A stretch of 64,000 bases of DNA, from positions 192,001 through 256,000 of the forward strand of contig CAWEQH010000004.1 in assembly GCA_963811165.1 (NCBI GenBank), given 5' to 3'. The translations under genes were made by a program, and so were the position numbers. The notes beneath the pieces are model-generated. The model saw only the letters and a program-made list of their open reading frames with translations. It ran no database searches and was not told the origin of the DNA. Source of the stretch: an uncultured Nitrospiraceae bacterium (lineage in GTDB: Bacteria; Nitrospirota; Thermodesulfovibrionia; Thermodesulfovibrionales; UBA6898). The number at the start of each line of letters is the position of its first letter. Within the stretch, counting starts at the first letter, position 1. Below, piece after piece: positions 19,738-29,821 of the stretch.

Positions 19738-20541
19738 CTAAAGGATTCCAAGCTCTTCTGCGTAATTTCTGAAAAGGTCGAGCCCTTTCCTGTGATCATC
19801 CCCGAAGTCGTAGGAAATCCCCTTCCAGTATGAGACAAGCTGTTTCTCCGAGATGAAGTTTCTAAGGGGGGATGCCGCGGCGACCGAGTCCAGGTCCCTC
19901 AAGGCGGATTTCTTAGCGGCATCCAGCGCGCCCATGAAACTTTCGAGCAGCTCCCTCCTATTCCTGCAGCAGTCCCTTCTGACTATCCAGAGGGCGAATA
20001 CCGAGGGAAGTCCCGTATGCCTGTACCAAAGATCCCCTATGTCATAGATATGCAGTCCCGGCCATTTGAGGGACTCGGTGAGGGCATCATCGCCTATCAG
20101 CATGTAGGCTTCTCCGGTCCCGAGCACTTTTTCGATCGGCTCGGAGGTCGACAGAAAAGTGCATTCCGTATTGAAGAATTTTTTCAGAATAATATGCATG
20201 AGTACCACCGACGTTTCGGACTGCGAGGAAGTAAACACGGTGACATTGTCCAGCGCTTCGATCGGTCTTTTGCTGAACAGAAAGATACTCCCCACCGGCC
20301 CGCTCGAACTTATCGAGTGGCCCGGGATCAGGTCATACCTGTCCGGATTTCTCAGATATTCGATTGAAGATGACGGGCTTACGTCGATCCTGCCCTCGCG
20401 GATCTCCCTGTTCAGATAGGAAGGGACCCCTTCGATGAACTCGTATGCCGAGCAGTCCGCTTCTTTATCGAGCATATAAAATATCGGGAAGAGGTTTGAG
20501 TAGGAGAACCTGCCTATTCTCAGTTTTTGCATGGACTTCAT
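19738..20541 (-). CDS. mqnA: Chorismate dehydratase, futalosine menaquinone pathway
   Basis: RIGRFSYSNLFP, GVPSYLN, SSSIEY, GPVGSI, SETSV, LIGDDAL, W...TGLPSVFALW. Confidence 0.85.
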   Translation of the reverse strand: MKSMQKLRIGRFSYSNLFPIFYMLDKEADCSAYEFIEGVPSYLNREIREGRIDVSPSSSIEYLRNPDRYDLIPGHSISSSGPVGSIFLFSKRPIEALDNVTVFTSSQSETSVVLMHIILKKFFNTECTFLSTSEPIEKVLGTGEAYMLIGDDALTESLKWPGLHIYDIGDLWYRHTGLPSVFALWIVRRDCCRNRRELLESFMGALDAAKKSALRDLDSVAAASPLRNFISEKQLVSYWKGISYDFGDDHRKGLDLFRNYAEELGIL

Positions 20542-21983
20542 CCTTTCACCACACCCATTGGTCTCAGGCGTGCGACCTTCTTCGATATACCTGCCCTCTG
20601 GACCACGTCTACCACCGCAGTGATGTCTTTGTAAGCGTCGCTCATCTCCTCTGCAAGGGTCTCCCTTCCGGCAGACCTCACGAGGATGCCTTTTTCCTCA
20701 AGCTCCCGCCAGATCTTCCGGCCCCTGGCAAGCCTGATCGCCTGGTGCCGGGAGAGGACCCTCCCTGCTCCATGACAGGTAGAGCCGAAGGTTTCCTGCA
20801 TCGCCTTTTCAGTACCCAAAAGCACAAAGGACGCCCTGCCCATGTCCCCCGGGATGAGGACGGGCTGTCCAAGATGTCTGTAGATATCGGGCAGTTCGGG
20901 ATGTCCGGGCGGGAACGCGCGGGTCGCACCTTTCCTGTGGACGACCAGCTTTCTTTTTTCTCCATGAACGATATGGTCTTCAACCTTGGCGATGTTATGG
21001 GCGACGTCGTAAACCAGGCTCATCCCCAGACCACGGGGAGATGAGCCCAAGACGCTCATGAAGGCCTCCCTCGTCCAGTGCATGATGCATTGTCTGTTTG
21101 CCCAGGCGTAATTTGCCGCGGCCCTCATTGCGGCAAGGTAATCCTGGGCTTCCCGACTCTGAAACGGTGCGCAGGCGAGTTCCCTGTCGTAGAGTTCGAT
21201 CCCGTATTTGACGGCGGCACGCCCCATCACCTCTAAAAAATCAGTGCATACCTGGTGCCCGAATCCCCTTGAACCGGTATGGATCATCACCGTCACCTGG
21301 TCCCTGAAGAGTCCAAGGCCGTTTGCCGCCTGTTCATCGTATATCTCATCGACATACTGGACCTCCAGGAAGTGGTTGCCTGAGCCGAGCGTCCCCTGCT
21401 GGGACCTGCCCCGGTCGTATGCCTTGCTGCTGATGAGGGAAGGGTCGGCACCTTCGATCCTGCCCCCTGACTCCGTCCTCTCTATGTCGGCCGGATCGCC
21501 CATGCCTTTTTCGACTGCCCAGGCTGCGCCTTTTACCAGTATCTGCTTTTCGTCGTCCGGGCCGAGGCGTAACTTCCCTTTTGATCCTACCCCTGAGGGG
21601 ACCTCACGATAGAGGACATCCACAAGGTCTTTCATCCTCGGGAAGACCTCATCTTTTTTGAGATTGCTTCTGAGGAGCCTTACGCCGCAGTTTATGTCGT
21701 ACCCCACACCTCCGGGAGATATGATCCCTTCTTTGAGATCGAAGGCTGCCACCCCCCCGATGGGGAACCCGTATCCGTTATGAATATCAGGCATCGCCGT
21801 TGAGCATTTCACGATGCCGGGGAGCGTGGCGACGTTGGCGACCTGATCGATCGCCTGCGGTTCGAGTTCCTTTTCCAAAACGGTGTCGACATAGACTATT
21901 CCCGGTACCCTCATGCCTTTTTTGTAATCAACGGGCACCAGGAGCCTGGTTTCATCGATCCTTTTGAGCGTATTGAGCGTCAT
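20538..21983 (-). CDS. rtcB: RtcB-family RNA ligase
   Basis: MPDIHNGYGFPIGG, GVGYDINCG, GTLGSGNHFLE, HTGSRGFGH, DVAHN, HRKGATRA, HGAGR, VVKG end. Confidence 0.95.
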   Translation of the reverse strand: MTLNTLKRIDETRLLVPVDYKKGMRVPGIVYVDTVLEKELEPQAIDQVANVATLPGIVKCSTAMPDIHNGYGFPIGGVAAFDLKEGIISPGGVGYDINCGVRLLRSNLKKDEVFPRMKDLVDVLYREVPSGVGSKGKLRLGPDDEKQILVKGAAWAVEKGMGDPADIERTESGGRIEGADPSLISSKAYDRGRSQQGTLGSGNHFLEVQYVDEIYDEQAANGLGLFRDQVTVMIHTGSRGFGHQVCTDFLEVMGRAAVKYGIELYDRELACAPFQSREAQDYLAAMRAAANYAWANRQCIMHWTREAFMSVLGSSPRGLGMSLVYDVAHNIAKVEDHIVHGEKRKLVVHRKGATRAFPPGHPELPDIYRHLGQPVLIPGDMGRASFVLLGTEKAMQETFGSTCHGAGRVLSRHQAIRLARGRKIWRELEEKGILVRSAGRETLAEEMSDAYKDITAVVDVVQRAGISKKVARLRPMGVVKG

Positions 21984-22025
21984 CAATTCTCCTGTCCTTT
22001 ATTATACCCGACTCCGTGCGCCTTA

Positions 22026-22472
22026 TCAGATGTCGAAGATGATTTCAGCGCTCCAGCGGCCGCCCTCATTCTCAATCTTCAGCCTGTGATACGTTGCCGC
22101 TTTCAGCAGCAACTTGCCCTGATGTCTGGCCGGGTCGAAATGCTCCCCTGAAAGCGAGGCCCTCAGGGAATATGCGGGTCCTCTTTCCGTGAAATCATCC
22201 TCGGAAAGAAATTCAGTGATTACGATTTCTTTCCCTATGAAACCGTGGGCGTCAAACCGGAAGATAAGCTCGTTAAGCCAGGATACGAGAAGCCCTTCCG
22301 GTGAATCATGTGCCAAAGAGATATCGATCGTTTCGGTCTTTCCGACGTTCCCCGTGTCCGTCATCAGATCGTACATACCGCGGGCCGCATTGACGAAGAG
22401 CTCTTGGGCAGTATCACCGAAGGCCCTTATGCCGGCGTCGCCTGAGATATCGAGAAACTCATAGGGTCCCAT
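22026..22472 (-). CDS. Archease (RtcB activating cofactor)
   Basis: YEFLD..GD.GIRAFG, LLVSWLNELIF, KAATYH, C-terminal FDI. Confidence 0.9.
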   Translation of the reverse strand: MGPYEFLDISGDAGIRAFGDTAQELFVNAARGMYDLMTDTGNVGKTETIDISLAHDSPEGLLVSWLNELIFRFDAHGFIGKEIVITEFLSEDDFTERGPAYSLRASLSGEHFDPARHQGKLLLKAATYHRLKIENEGGRWSAEIIFDI

Positions 22473-22558
22473 CACTTTTTAGAGTAGCATCATCGGATAT
22501 CACGGTCAACCAGGCCGGCCGGAACCCATCAGCGAAAATATATGTATGAGGACGCGAT

Positions 22559-22597
22559 TGTGGCCGGTCCTCTGTGGCCGGTCTGTGGCCGGTCCTC
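22559..22597. repeat. Three short tandem copies of TGTGGCCGGTC(CTC)
   Basis: Units at 22559-22572, 22573-22583 and 22584-22597. Confidence 0.8.
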
Positions 22598-22625
22598 TTG
22601 ACATCACATTGTTATTTGATAGCAT
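22598..22625 (+). promoter_or_regulatory. Sigma70-type promoter candidate
   Basis: TTGACA, 16 bp spacer, TAGCAT with extended TG. Confidence 0.5.
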
Positions 22626-22660
22626 AGAATCAGACCTTTGTGCATGAAGGAGGTGAGAGA

Positions 22661-22675
22661 ATGGGTGTTACGTAA
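22661..22675 (+). other. Four-codon upstream ORF (MGVT*) with ideal Shine-Dalgarno
   Basis: AAGGAGGTGA at 22647-22656 followed by ATG GGT GTT ACG TAA. Confidence 0.4.
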
Positions 22676-22744
22676 ACTAGAGGCAGACTCGCGGGAGTTT
22701 TTATAAAGGGAAAGAAAATAAAATGATTACAAGGAGGTCTCACC

Positions 22745-23221
22745 ATGGCAGAAAGAGCGCCGGCTAAGAAAAAAAAGATCGCTACATCCAGAAGAAAACC
22801 AGCGGAACTCTCCAGGGAGTTTTTGGCGACCATCAAGGAATGGCAGCGTCTGGAGGACGAGACGATCAGGTTCTCGGAAGAGCTGCTGAAAAAGACCAGT
22901 AACCGTCTCATAAAAATGACGATGGAAATGATCAAGAGCGACTCTCAGAAACACAAGGTTATGCAACAGATGCTCATAGACAGTGTCACGAAGGAGCCCT
23001 TTGTCCTTAGCCCGGACGACCTCAACGCCCTCGGGTCCGGACTGAACAAGCATATCACGGCGGAGGCCACGTCTTTACAGCTGGCGGAAGAGGCCCTCGA
23101 AAAAAGCGAACTCTTCGTGACCCGCTATGTGCTTTCCTATCTTATCGCAGATGAGCATAAGCATCATACCCTGCTCTCGAGGCTCGAGGACCTCAAGAGG
23201 GCGACGGTTTTCGTTACGTAG
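22745..23221 (+). CDS. Ferritin/rubrerythrin-like four-helix protein
   Basis: Duplicated helix pairs with E..E/DSQKH and H...E/DEHKH motifs; AAGGAGGT RBS. Confidence 0.6.
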   Translation: MAERAPAKKKKIATSRRKPAELSREFLATIKEWQRLEDETIRFSEELLKKTSNRLIKMTMEMIKSDSQKHKVMQQMLIDSVTKEPFVLSPDDLNALGSGLNKHITAEATSLQLAEEALEKSELFVTRYVLSYLIADEHKHHTLLSRLEDLKRATVFVT

Positions 23222-23237
23222 AATCCGTCATCCGTTT

Positions 23238-23285
23238 CCGGCAGGTGCGGCACGACTTCGTTTCGCCTCCTGCCGGGTTTTTTTT
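23238..23285 (+). terminator. Intrinsic terminator
   Basis: CCGGCAGG...CCTGCCGG stem followed by T8. Confidence 0.75.
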
Positions 23286-23329
23286 GTATGCCGGCAGAGA
23301 GGATTTGAGGGTACCGGGATGTCAGTCAT

Positions 23330-25477
23330 CTACACAGCTGACTTGAGTTCCCTGATCACTGATTTAAGGGCCTCACCGTAAAACCGTTCAGCGTATTCCT
23401 TCGTCATCCGCCTGGCGCTGAAAGCAGGGGCGGTGCTCTTGATCGCTTCTTTCATTACCCTCGCCCATTCATGCGGTACGCCGTCATCGTCGACGCGATA
23501 ATACATGGGGACCACCTGTGTTTCGAGTATATCGTAAAGGGTCCGTGCGTCCTGCGCGTCCCTGTCTTCTCCTTCATGTCCTTCGAATGCCCAGCCGTTT
23601 TTGCCGTTAAACCCTTCGGTCCACCATCCATCGAGAATGCTCAGATGGGGCACGCCGTTTAAAGAAGCCTTCATCCCGCTTGTGCCGCATGCCTCAAGCG
23701 GCGGCAGCGGGTTGTTGAGCCATACGTCGACGCCGTGCACGAGGTACTGCGCCAACTGTTCATCGTAATCCTCGACAAAGGCTATGCGGCCCCCGAAGGA
23801 AGGGTCTTTGGAGGCGTTGAAGACCTTCTGGAGCACCTGTTTGCCCGGCTCGTCTGCGGGGTGGGCCTTTCCGGCGAAGATGATCTGCACGGGTTTCCAC
23901 CTGTCGGTAAGGATTTTCCTCAGCCTTTCGACGTCTTCGAATATGAGCGTTGCCCTTTTATAGGTGGCGAACCTGCGCGCAAAGCCGATCGTAAGCACGT
24001 TGGGGTCCAGCAACACTCCCGACGCAAGGATCAGTCTCGGCTCGGGAGCTTCGAGCCACCGCTGTCTTGCCCTTTCCATGATCCGGAGGATGAGCTTCAT
24101 CTTGTGCCAGTAATGGCTGTTCCAGAGTTCCCGGTCGGGTATGTCGTCGATGAGTTCCCAGATGTCGGGGTTGTCGTGGTCGGTGAGCCAGTGCGGCCCG
24201 AGGTATTTGTTGTAGAGGAGTTCCACTCTCGGCTCCGCCCACGTGGGTATATGGACCCCGTTTGTGATATGGACGATAGAGACTTTCTCCTCGGGCAGGT
24301 CGGGCCATAGAGACTGCCACATCTTCCGTGCGACCTCCGCATGTTTTTTGCTTACCGCATTGTGATAGGCCGATGCCCTCAGTGCAAAGGCGGTCATATT
24401 GAAGCCCGCGTTGGGGAATTTCGGGTCGACCCCCAGCTGAAAGAATGCGTCACAACAAAGCCCCAGTGAAGGCCAGTAAGAGGTGAAGTATTTCTCGACG
24501 AGCTCGAAGGTGAATACGTCATGGCCCGCAGGCACCGGCGTGTGGGTCGTGAAAATAGTGGTGGAGCGGACTTTTTCGAAGGCCCCTTCGAAGCTAAGAC
24601 CTGCCCCGACTTTCTCCCTTATCCTCTCCAGTATGGCAAAAGCCGGATGTCCTTCATTTAGATGCAGTACGGAATGCTTTATGCCGAGCGTGGTGAGGAC
24701 CTCGGCCCCGCCTATGCCCAGGACTATCTCCTGTCTCAGCCTCTGTTCATGCCCGCCGGCGTACAGATGCGAGGTGATGCTCCTGTTCCAGGGATCGTTG
24801 GCGTCGATGTCGGTGTCCATGAGATAGAGAGTGACCTTCCCGATCCTGACCTTCCAGACCTCGACGTAGATGGGCGGCTCGATGAAAGGGACCCTTACTG
24901 TCAGGCGGTTGCCCTGAGGATCGAGGATGCGGGTGATCGGGGCGTTTTCCCTGTCGATTCTCTCACTCTCGGCGGACTGCCAGCCGTCGGGTGACATCTT
25001 TTGCCTTAAATAGCCCTCGGGGTACATGAACCCCATGGCGATGATGGGCACGCCAAGGTCGCTGCATTCCTTAAGGAAATCCCCTGCAAGAAAACCGAGT
25101 CCTCCAGCGTAAAAGGGCAGAGAATGATGGAGACCGTATTCGGCCGAAAAGTATGCGATCGGCAGAAGCTTTGCGTCGGCTACCTTGGAGGAGAACCAGT
25201 CGCCGGAAGGACTCATGTCGGACCTGAATCTCGCCATGACCGCGTCGTGATGTCTGAGAAATTTCGGGTCTCTTGCAGCCGCCTCGAAGGTCTCACGGCT
25301 GACGTCGTGGAGCATCTTTACCGGGTTATGGACACTCAGCTTCCATGCGGCACGGCTGAGCATCTTAAACAGCATACGCGCTTCGGGGTGCCAGCTCCAC
25401 CAGAGGTTGTATGCGAGTTCCCTCAGACCGGCTATCCTGTCGGGAATATCAGGAAACGCCTCTTTCCCGTCGTCCAT
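23330..25477 (-). CDS. glgP: Alpha-glucan (glycogen) phosphorylase
   Basis: AYNLWWSW, AYFSAEYGL, HLNEGH, GFARRFATYKR, EACGTSGMKA PLP motif. Confidence 0.95.
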   Translation of the reverse strand: MDDGKEAFPDIPDRIAGLRELAYNLWWSWHPEARMLFKMLSRAAWKLSVHNPVKMLHDVSRETFEAAARDPKFLRHHDAVMARFRSDMSPSGDWFSSKVADAKLLPIAYFSAEYGLHHSLPFYAGGLGFLAGDFLKECSDLGVPIIAMGFMYPEGYLRQKMSPDGWQSAESERIDRENAPITRILDPQGNRLTVRVPFIEPPIYVEVWKVRIGKVTLYLMDTDIDANDPWNRSITSHLYAGGHEQRLRQEIVLGIGGAEVLTTLGIKHSVLHLNEGHPAFAILERIREKVGAGLSFEGAFEKVRSTTIFTTHTPVPAGHDVFTFELVEKYFTSYWPSLGLCCDAFFQLGVDPKFPNAGFNMTAFALRASAYHNAVSKKHAEVARKMWQSLWPDLPEEKVSIVHITNGVHIPTWAEPRVELLYNKYLGPHWLTDHDNPDIWELIDDIPDRELWNSHYWHKMKLILRIMERARQRWLEAPEPRLILASGVLLDPNVLTIGFARRFATYKRATLIFEDVERLRKILTDRWKPVQIIFAGKAHPADEPGKQVLQKVFNASKDPSFGGRIAFVEDYDEQLAQYLVHGVDVWLNNPLPPLEACGTSGMKASLNGVPHLSILDGWWTEGFNGKNGWAFEGHEGEDRDAQDARTLYDILETQVVPMYYRVDDDGVPHEWARVMKEAIKSTAPAFSARRMTKEYAERFYGEALKSVIRELKSAV

Positions 25478-25633
25478 AAATAGTTGTCTCCTCTGCGGAA
25501 GATAATCTCATCGGGCGTGATCACTTCGGGACCACACCTATTAAATAGCACAAAAAAAGATGCGGCGCAATTCAGGGGAGGGGGTAGCAAAACGCAGAGG
25601 AAAAAGGCTAACGGGTGCTTGCCGGCTTAGAAG

Positions 25634-27181
25634 CTAATTAGTCTCAAACAGTGCATATCGTCCGTCGCTGTCCACCAAAGTATAACCCGAGCCCTGCAGA
25701 AGGCCTGCATCATCGGCTTTAGAGATAGCGACGGCATGAGTGCCTTTTTTGGCAAGGGAGCCGAGTTCCTCTTTGTTGTTGGCGCTAAGAATTTTTCTTT
25801 CGGAATAGAATGCAATGCTTGGGTTGTTAATACCAAATACTATGACCCCTTCATCAGGCCTTAGCTTATCCTTGGCGTAAAGGCTGTATTTATGCAGAGT
25901 GCCCTGGAGATAGTCGCTTGCAAGAGGAAGCGCTCCGGTCAATAACACCGCAAAAAATACGGTCATGATACCGGCGATGAGGCCATGAAGGTCACGCCTT
26001 GAGAAAACAGAGTACAGACAAAGCACCCCGCTTACAAAGGCGGCGAGCGCCGTCATGAAAGGCCATCCGGCATTTGCTATGCCGATTTTGGGGAGTAATC
26101 TCTCCGCAATATAGAGAAATGAGACAGCCATCAAGACCGACAACACCCCCATCGAAAGTAAAGAATATCGTCTCCAGTTATCGTCCCTCCCTGATAACCC
26201 TGCCCCTATCAGCACTGCGGCTGCGGGTAGGGCGGGGAGGATATAGTTTGGAAGCTTCGTAGTGGATAAGGAAAAAAACAGAAATACAAAGGCGAGCCAG
26301 ACCAATGCGAAACGATGAAACGGGTCCTTCTCCTTTAGCGCTCTTCTTATGCCTGAAGGGAGGAAGGATATCCAGGGGAACATCCCCACTATTATCACAA
26401 TGAGGTAATAATAAACCGGTCCGCTGTGCCCTGATATGACGTCCGTAAATCTCCTGAAGTGATGTTTTATGAAGAACTGGTCTATAAACTCACGCCCGTT
26501 TATTACGATCTCTGCAAGATACCAGGGTGCGGACACGGCGGTAAAGATCAGGATACCTTTCAGGGAAAAGACCTTCTTCATACCGCGCAATCCTTCGGAA
26601 ATCGACGCGTAGATAAGTGCTATCCCAAAGGGGAAAATGATCCCTATGAGTCCCTTCGTAAGAAAGGCAAGCGCCGAAAACAGATAGAAACCATAAAGGT
26701 ATATACGGCCGTCGGGGGGGGCTTCAGAAAACCAGCGGTAGAAGGAAAAAAGTGACAGGGCGATGAAGAGGGTAAGAGTCATGTCGGTCACCGCCGCCCT
26801 CGAATAGACAACATAATAGACCGACAGCACGGCCGATAAAGCGGCATAACGCGCCGGCTTTTGGCCGCTTGCCTGCCTCACGGAGAGAAAAAGAAGAGCA
26901 ATCAGCAGGACCGCCGCCACGGCCGAGGGGAACCTTGCCCCGAACTCATTGATGCCGAAGACCTTGTAGGAAGCTGCCATCAGCCAGTAAAAAAGGATCG
27001 GCTTGTCATAACGGTTTTCTCCGTTATAAGTCGGGGTGATCCAGTTCTGGCTCACAACCATCTCCCTCGTCGCTTCCGAAAAAACGGCCTCATCGACATC
27101 GAAGAGTTTCGGCGCCCCGAGCCTGAAAAGCGACAGGAACATGGCCGCGGCAATTATCATGGGAAATATAGACCTGTTCAT
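25634..27181 (-). CDS. GT39/ArnT-like glycosyltransferase
   Basis: LFDVDEAVF..ATREM, DKPILFYWL, FGARFPSA, LTKG, TKLPNYILP; many TM helices. Confidence 0.85.
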   Translation of the reverse strand: MNRSIFPMIIAAAMFLSLFRLGAPKLFDVDEAVFSEATREMVVSQNWITPTYNGENRYDKPILFYWLMAASYKVFGINEFGARFPSAVAAVLLIALLFLSVRQASGQKPARYAALSAVLSVYYVVYSRAAVTDMTLTLFIALSLFSFYRWFSEAPPDGRIYLYGFYLFSALAFLTKGLIGIIFPFGIALIYASISEGLRGMKKVFSLKGILIFTAVSAPWYLAEIVINGREFIDQFFIKHHFRRFTDVISGHSGPVYYYLIVIIVGMFPWISFLPSGIRRALKEKDPFHRFALVWLAFVFLFFSLSTTKLPNYILPALPAAAVLIGAGLSGRDDNWRRYSLLSMGVLSVLMAVSFLYIAERLLPKIGIANAGWPFMTALAAFVSGVLCLYSVFSRRDLHGLIAGIMTVFFAVLLTGALPLASDYLQGTLHKYSLYAKDKLRPDEGVIVFGINNPSIAFYSERKILSANNKEELGSLAKKGTHAVAISKADDAGLLQGSGYTLVDSDGRYALFETN

Positions 27182-27263
27182 ATTAATGTTTTAGCGAAAC
27201 ACAATTATTATACGCGAACCGGATTTTTATGGGTATCTGCTGTGATCCGGATTTTCCTATTTT

Positions 27264-29798
27264 TTAAAATTGGATCTTTTTGTAAAATATCTTTTTTGCC
27301 GCCTCAGCTGCAGCGATGTAGATCGCTACAATCACTCCCATGAGGACAAGAAAAGAGATTGGTAACGGGGTAAATCCAAAGAGCCTTTCTCCAATTGGAA
27401 TGAAAGGGACACTCAGCGTAGCGCTGACGATCAGCAGTGTCGCTATGAACAGAGATTTCCCGGGTCTGCTTTTGAAAAAGGGGCCCCTTGTGCGAACGAC
27501 GAGCACAACCAGCGATGCTGAGATGACGGACTCAGCAAACCAGCCGGTCCTGAATTCCTCCGGAGAGGCACGGAGAATAAATAACAATACACCGAAGGTG
27601 AGATAGTCAAAGATAGAACTTAAAAGCCCGAAGGTCATCATAAAGTTCCGTATAAACCTCATGTTCCACCGTCGCGGGCTATCAACCAGCTCCTTGTCCA
27701 CATTGTCTGCTGCAATAGCCATCTCCGGAAAATCCGTCAGTAAATTGGTAAGCAGGATTTGCTTGGGCAGGAGAGGAAGAAAAGGGAGAAAAAGAGATGC
27801 CCCCGCCATGCTGAACATATTGCCGAAATTGGCGCTTGTCGCCATGAATACATACTTGAGGGTGTTGGCAAAAGTCGTCCTCCCTTCCCTCACCCCCTGC
27901 GCAAGAACCCCAAGGTCTTTTTCGAGCAGCACAATATCGGCCGCATCCTTGGCAACATCAACGGCGCTGTCCACAGATATGCCTACATCGGCAGTATGGA
28001 GGGCAGATGCGTCGTTTATGCCGTCTCCCATATAACCGACGACGTTTTTTGCCTTTTTCAGGGCAAGGATGATGCGCTCTTTCTGATTGGGTTCGACCTC
28101 TGCGAAAACATTCACTTCATTTACTCTTTTAAGCAGCGCTTCATCGCTCATAAGCCGGAGATCCGGACCTGTGAGGATTCCCGAGTCCAATAGCCCGACC
28201 TGTTGTCCGACATGGGCGGCAACCAGACGATTGTCCCCGGTGATTATTTTTAATGAAACGCCGAGACGCTTGAGATCTGTTATAGTCTCAGCGATGCCTG
28301 ATTTTACCGGATCGAAAAGCACAAGAAATCCTAAAAACGTCATGCCAGCTTCGTGGTCTTTAGTGATGCCGGAGGCAGGGCCAACATTTCGGTATGCAAT
28401 CCCCATTGTGCGAAAGCCCTGGCTGCTGAATTCCTCAAAATGGGCTTGCACCTTATCCTGTATTTCAGCTATATCCACAACGGCCCCACTCGAAGTTTCA
28501 GCTTTTGAGCAGGCGGCAAGTACATTCTTTAACGCCCCTTTCGTAATCATAAGATGTGTATCACCGTGAGAGACCAGGACACTTAAGCGTTTGCGAATAA
28601 AATCATACGGCTCTTCGTCAAGCTTTTGCCAGGCCGAAACATCGAACTTCCGATAGGCTCGTATTGCTTCATCAATCGGGTTTGTAAATCCAGTTTCGTA
28701 AAAAGAATTGAGATATGCATAGAGCAGGACTTTTTCGCTTTCATTGCCCTCGATGTCAAGAGCGGAGCGGACATGCACCACCCCTTCGGTCAGAGTGCCG
28801 GTCTTATCGGAGCAGAGGACGTTCATACTGCCGAAGTTCTCGATAGAGGCGAGGCGTTTCACGATTACCTTTTTGAGCGCCATCCCTTTTGCGCCGTGGG
28901 CAAGGTTGACCATAATAATGGCCGGCAGAAGCTGTGGGGTCAATCCGACGGCGAGCGCCAACGCAAAGAGAAATGAGTCCAGAACAGGGCGGGCCAGGTA
29001 TACGTTAATAGCAAAAATGGCGATTACCAGCAGTAGCGTCACTTCCATAAGAAGGTAGCCGAAATGCCTCACCCCGCGCTCAAATTCCGTCTCCGGAGGT
29101 CTGAGCGCAAGGCGTTCAGAGACCTTGCCGAATTCGGTCTCCCGTCCTGTGCGCACAACCACTGCGTTCGCACTGCCGCTGACTACGTGAGTCCCCATAA
29201 AAAGAGTATTGGTCCTTTTGGCAAGTGGAGTTTCCCCTGGCAATATACCGGATATTTTATCTTCAGGGTAGGTCTCGCCTGTCAGAGATGCCTCATCCAC
29301 AAAGAGATTTTTTGATTCGAGGACCAGGCAGTCTCCTGGAATGACATCACCGGCGTTGAATGAGACGATATCTCCGGGCACTATCTCCTCAACGGGAATA
29401 TCCTTCAGAGTGCCATCGCGCATGACCGCAGCTTTGATCTGAACGATCGACAGCAACTTGTCGATTGCATTCGTCGCCCCCCTTTCCTGCCAGAAACCGA
29501 GGAGCCCGCTAACGAGGACAATTGCGGAGATGATGACAGCATCCACAGGGTTGTGCAGGAAAAATGAGAGCACTGAGGCAAAGATCAGGATCAGGATAAT
29601 CGGGCTCTTGAATTGAGATAGGAGGAGAGAGAATGCAGTCGCCCTTTTTTTGGGCTTGAGGAGATTGGCCCCATACTGTGTGAAGCGGCGGCGGGCCTCT
29701 TCATTCGTTAAGCCCTGTGAAGTTGTTTTCAGTTGCCGAAGAAGTTCCTCGGCCGGAATGCTCCAAAAAGACGGTTGCTTATCCAAGTTATTATTCAT
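27264..29798 (-). CDS. mgtA: Mg2+-translocating P-type ATPase
   Basis: LTGE, AVGLTPQLLP, CSDKTGTLT, TGDN, GDGINDA, ANFGNMFS. Confidence 0.9.
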   Translation of the reverse strand: MNNNLDKQPSFWSIPAEELLRQLKTTSQGLTNEEARRRFTQYGANLLKPKKRATAFSLLLSQFKSPIILILIFASVLSFFLHNPVDAVIISAIVLVSGLLGFWQERGATNAIDKLLSIVQIKAAVMRDGTLKDIPVEEIVPGDIVSFNAGDVIPGDCLVLESKNLFVDEASLTGETYPEDKISGILPGETPLAKRTNTLFMGTHVVSGSANAVVVRTGRETEFGKVSERLALRPPETEFERGVRHFGYLLMEVTLLLVIAIFAINVYLARPVLDSFLFALALAVGLTPQLLPAIIMVNLAHGAKGMALKKVIVKRLASIENFGSMNVLCSDKTGTLTEGVVHVRSALDIEGNESEKVLLYAYLNSFYETGFTNPIDEAIRAYRKFDVSAWQKLDEEPYDFIRKRLSVLVSHGDTHLMITKGALKNVLAACSKAETSSGAVVDIAEIQDKVQAHFEEFSSQGFRTMGIAYRNVGPASGITKDHEAGMTFLGFLVLFDPVKSGIAETITDLKRLGVSLKIITGDNRLVAAHVGQQVGLLDSGILTGPDLRLMSDEALLKRVNEVNVFAEVEPNQKERIILALKKAKNVVGYMGDGINDASALHTADVGISVDSAVDVAKDAADIVLLEKDLGVLAQGVREGRTTFANTLKYVFMATSANFGNMFSMAGASLFLPFLPLLPKQILLTNLLTDFPEMAIAADNVDKELVDSPRRWNMRFIRNFMMTFGLLSSIFDYLTFGVLLFILRASPEEFRTGWFAESVISASLVVLVVRTRGPFFKSRPGKSLFIATLLIVSATLSVPFIPIGERLFGFTPLPISFLVLMGVIVAIYIAAAEAAKKIFYKKIQF

Positions 29799-29821
29799 CC
29801 TGAGCAGCGTCCTTCCGCCCG

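Noticed and set aside
27181..27264. Integration boundary (att site, tRNA or integrase) for the accessory region
   Set aside because: No tRNA, integrase or flanking direct repeat found; island status rests only on content, composition and scars
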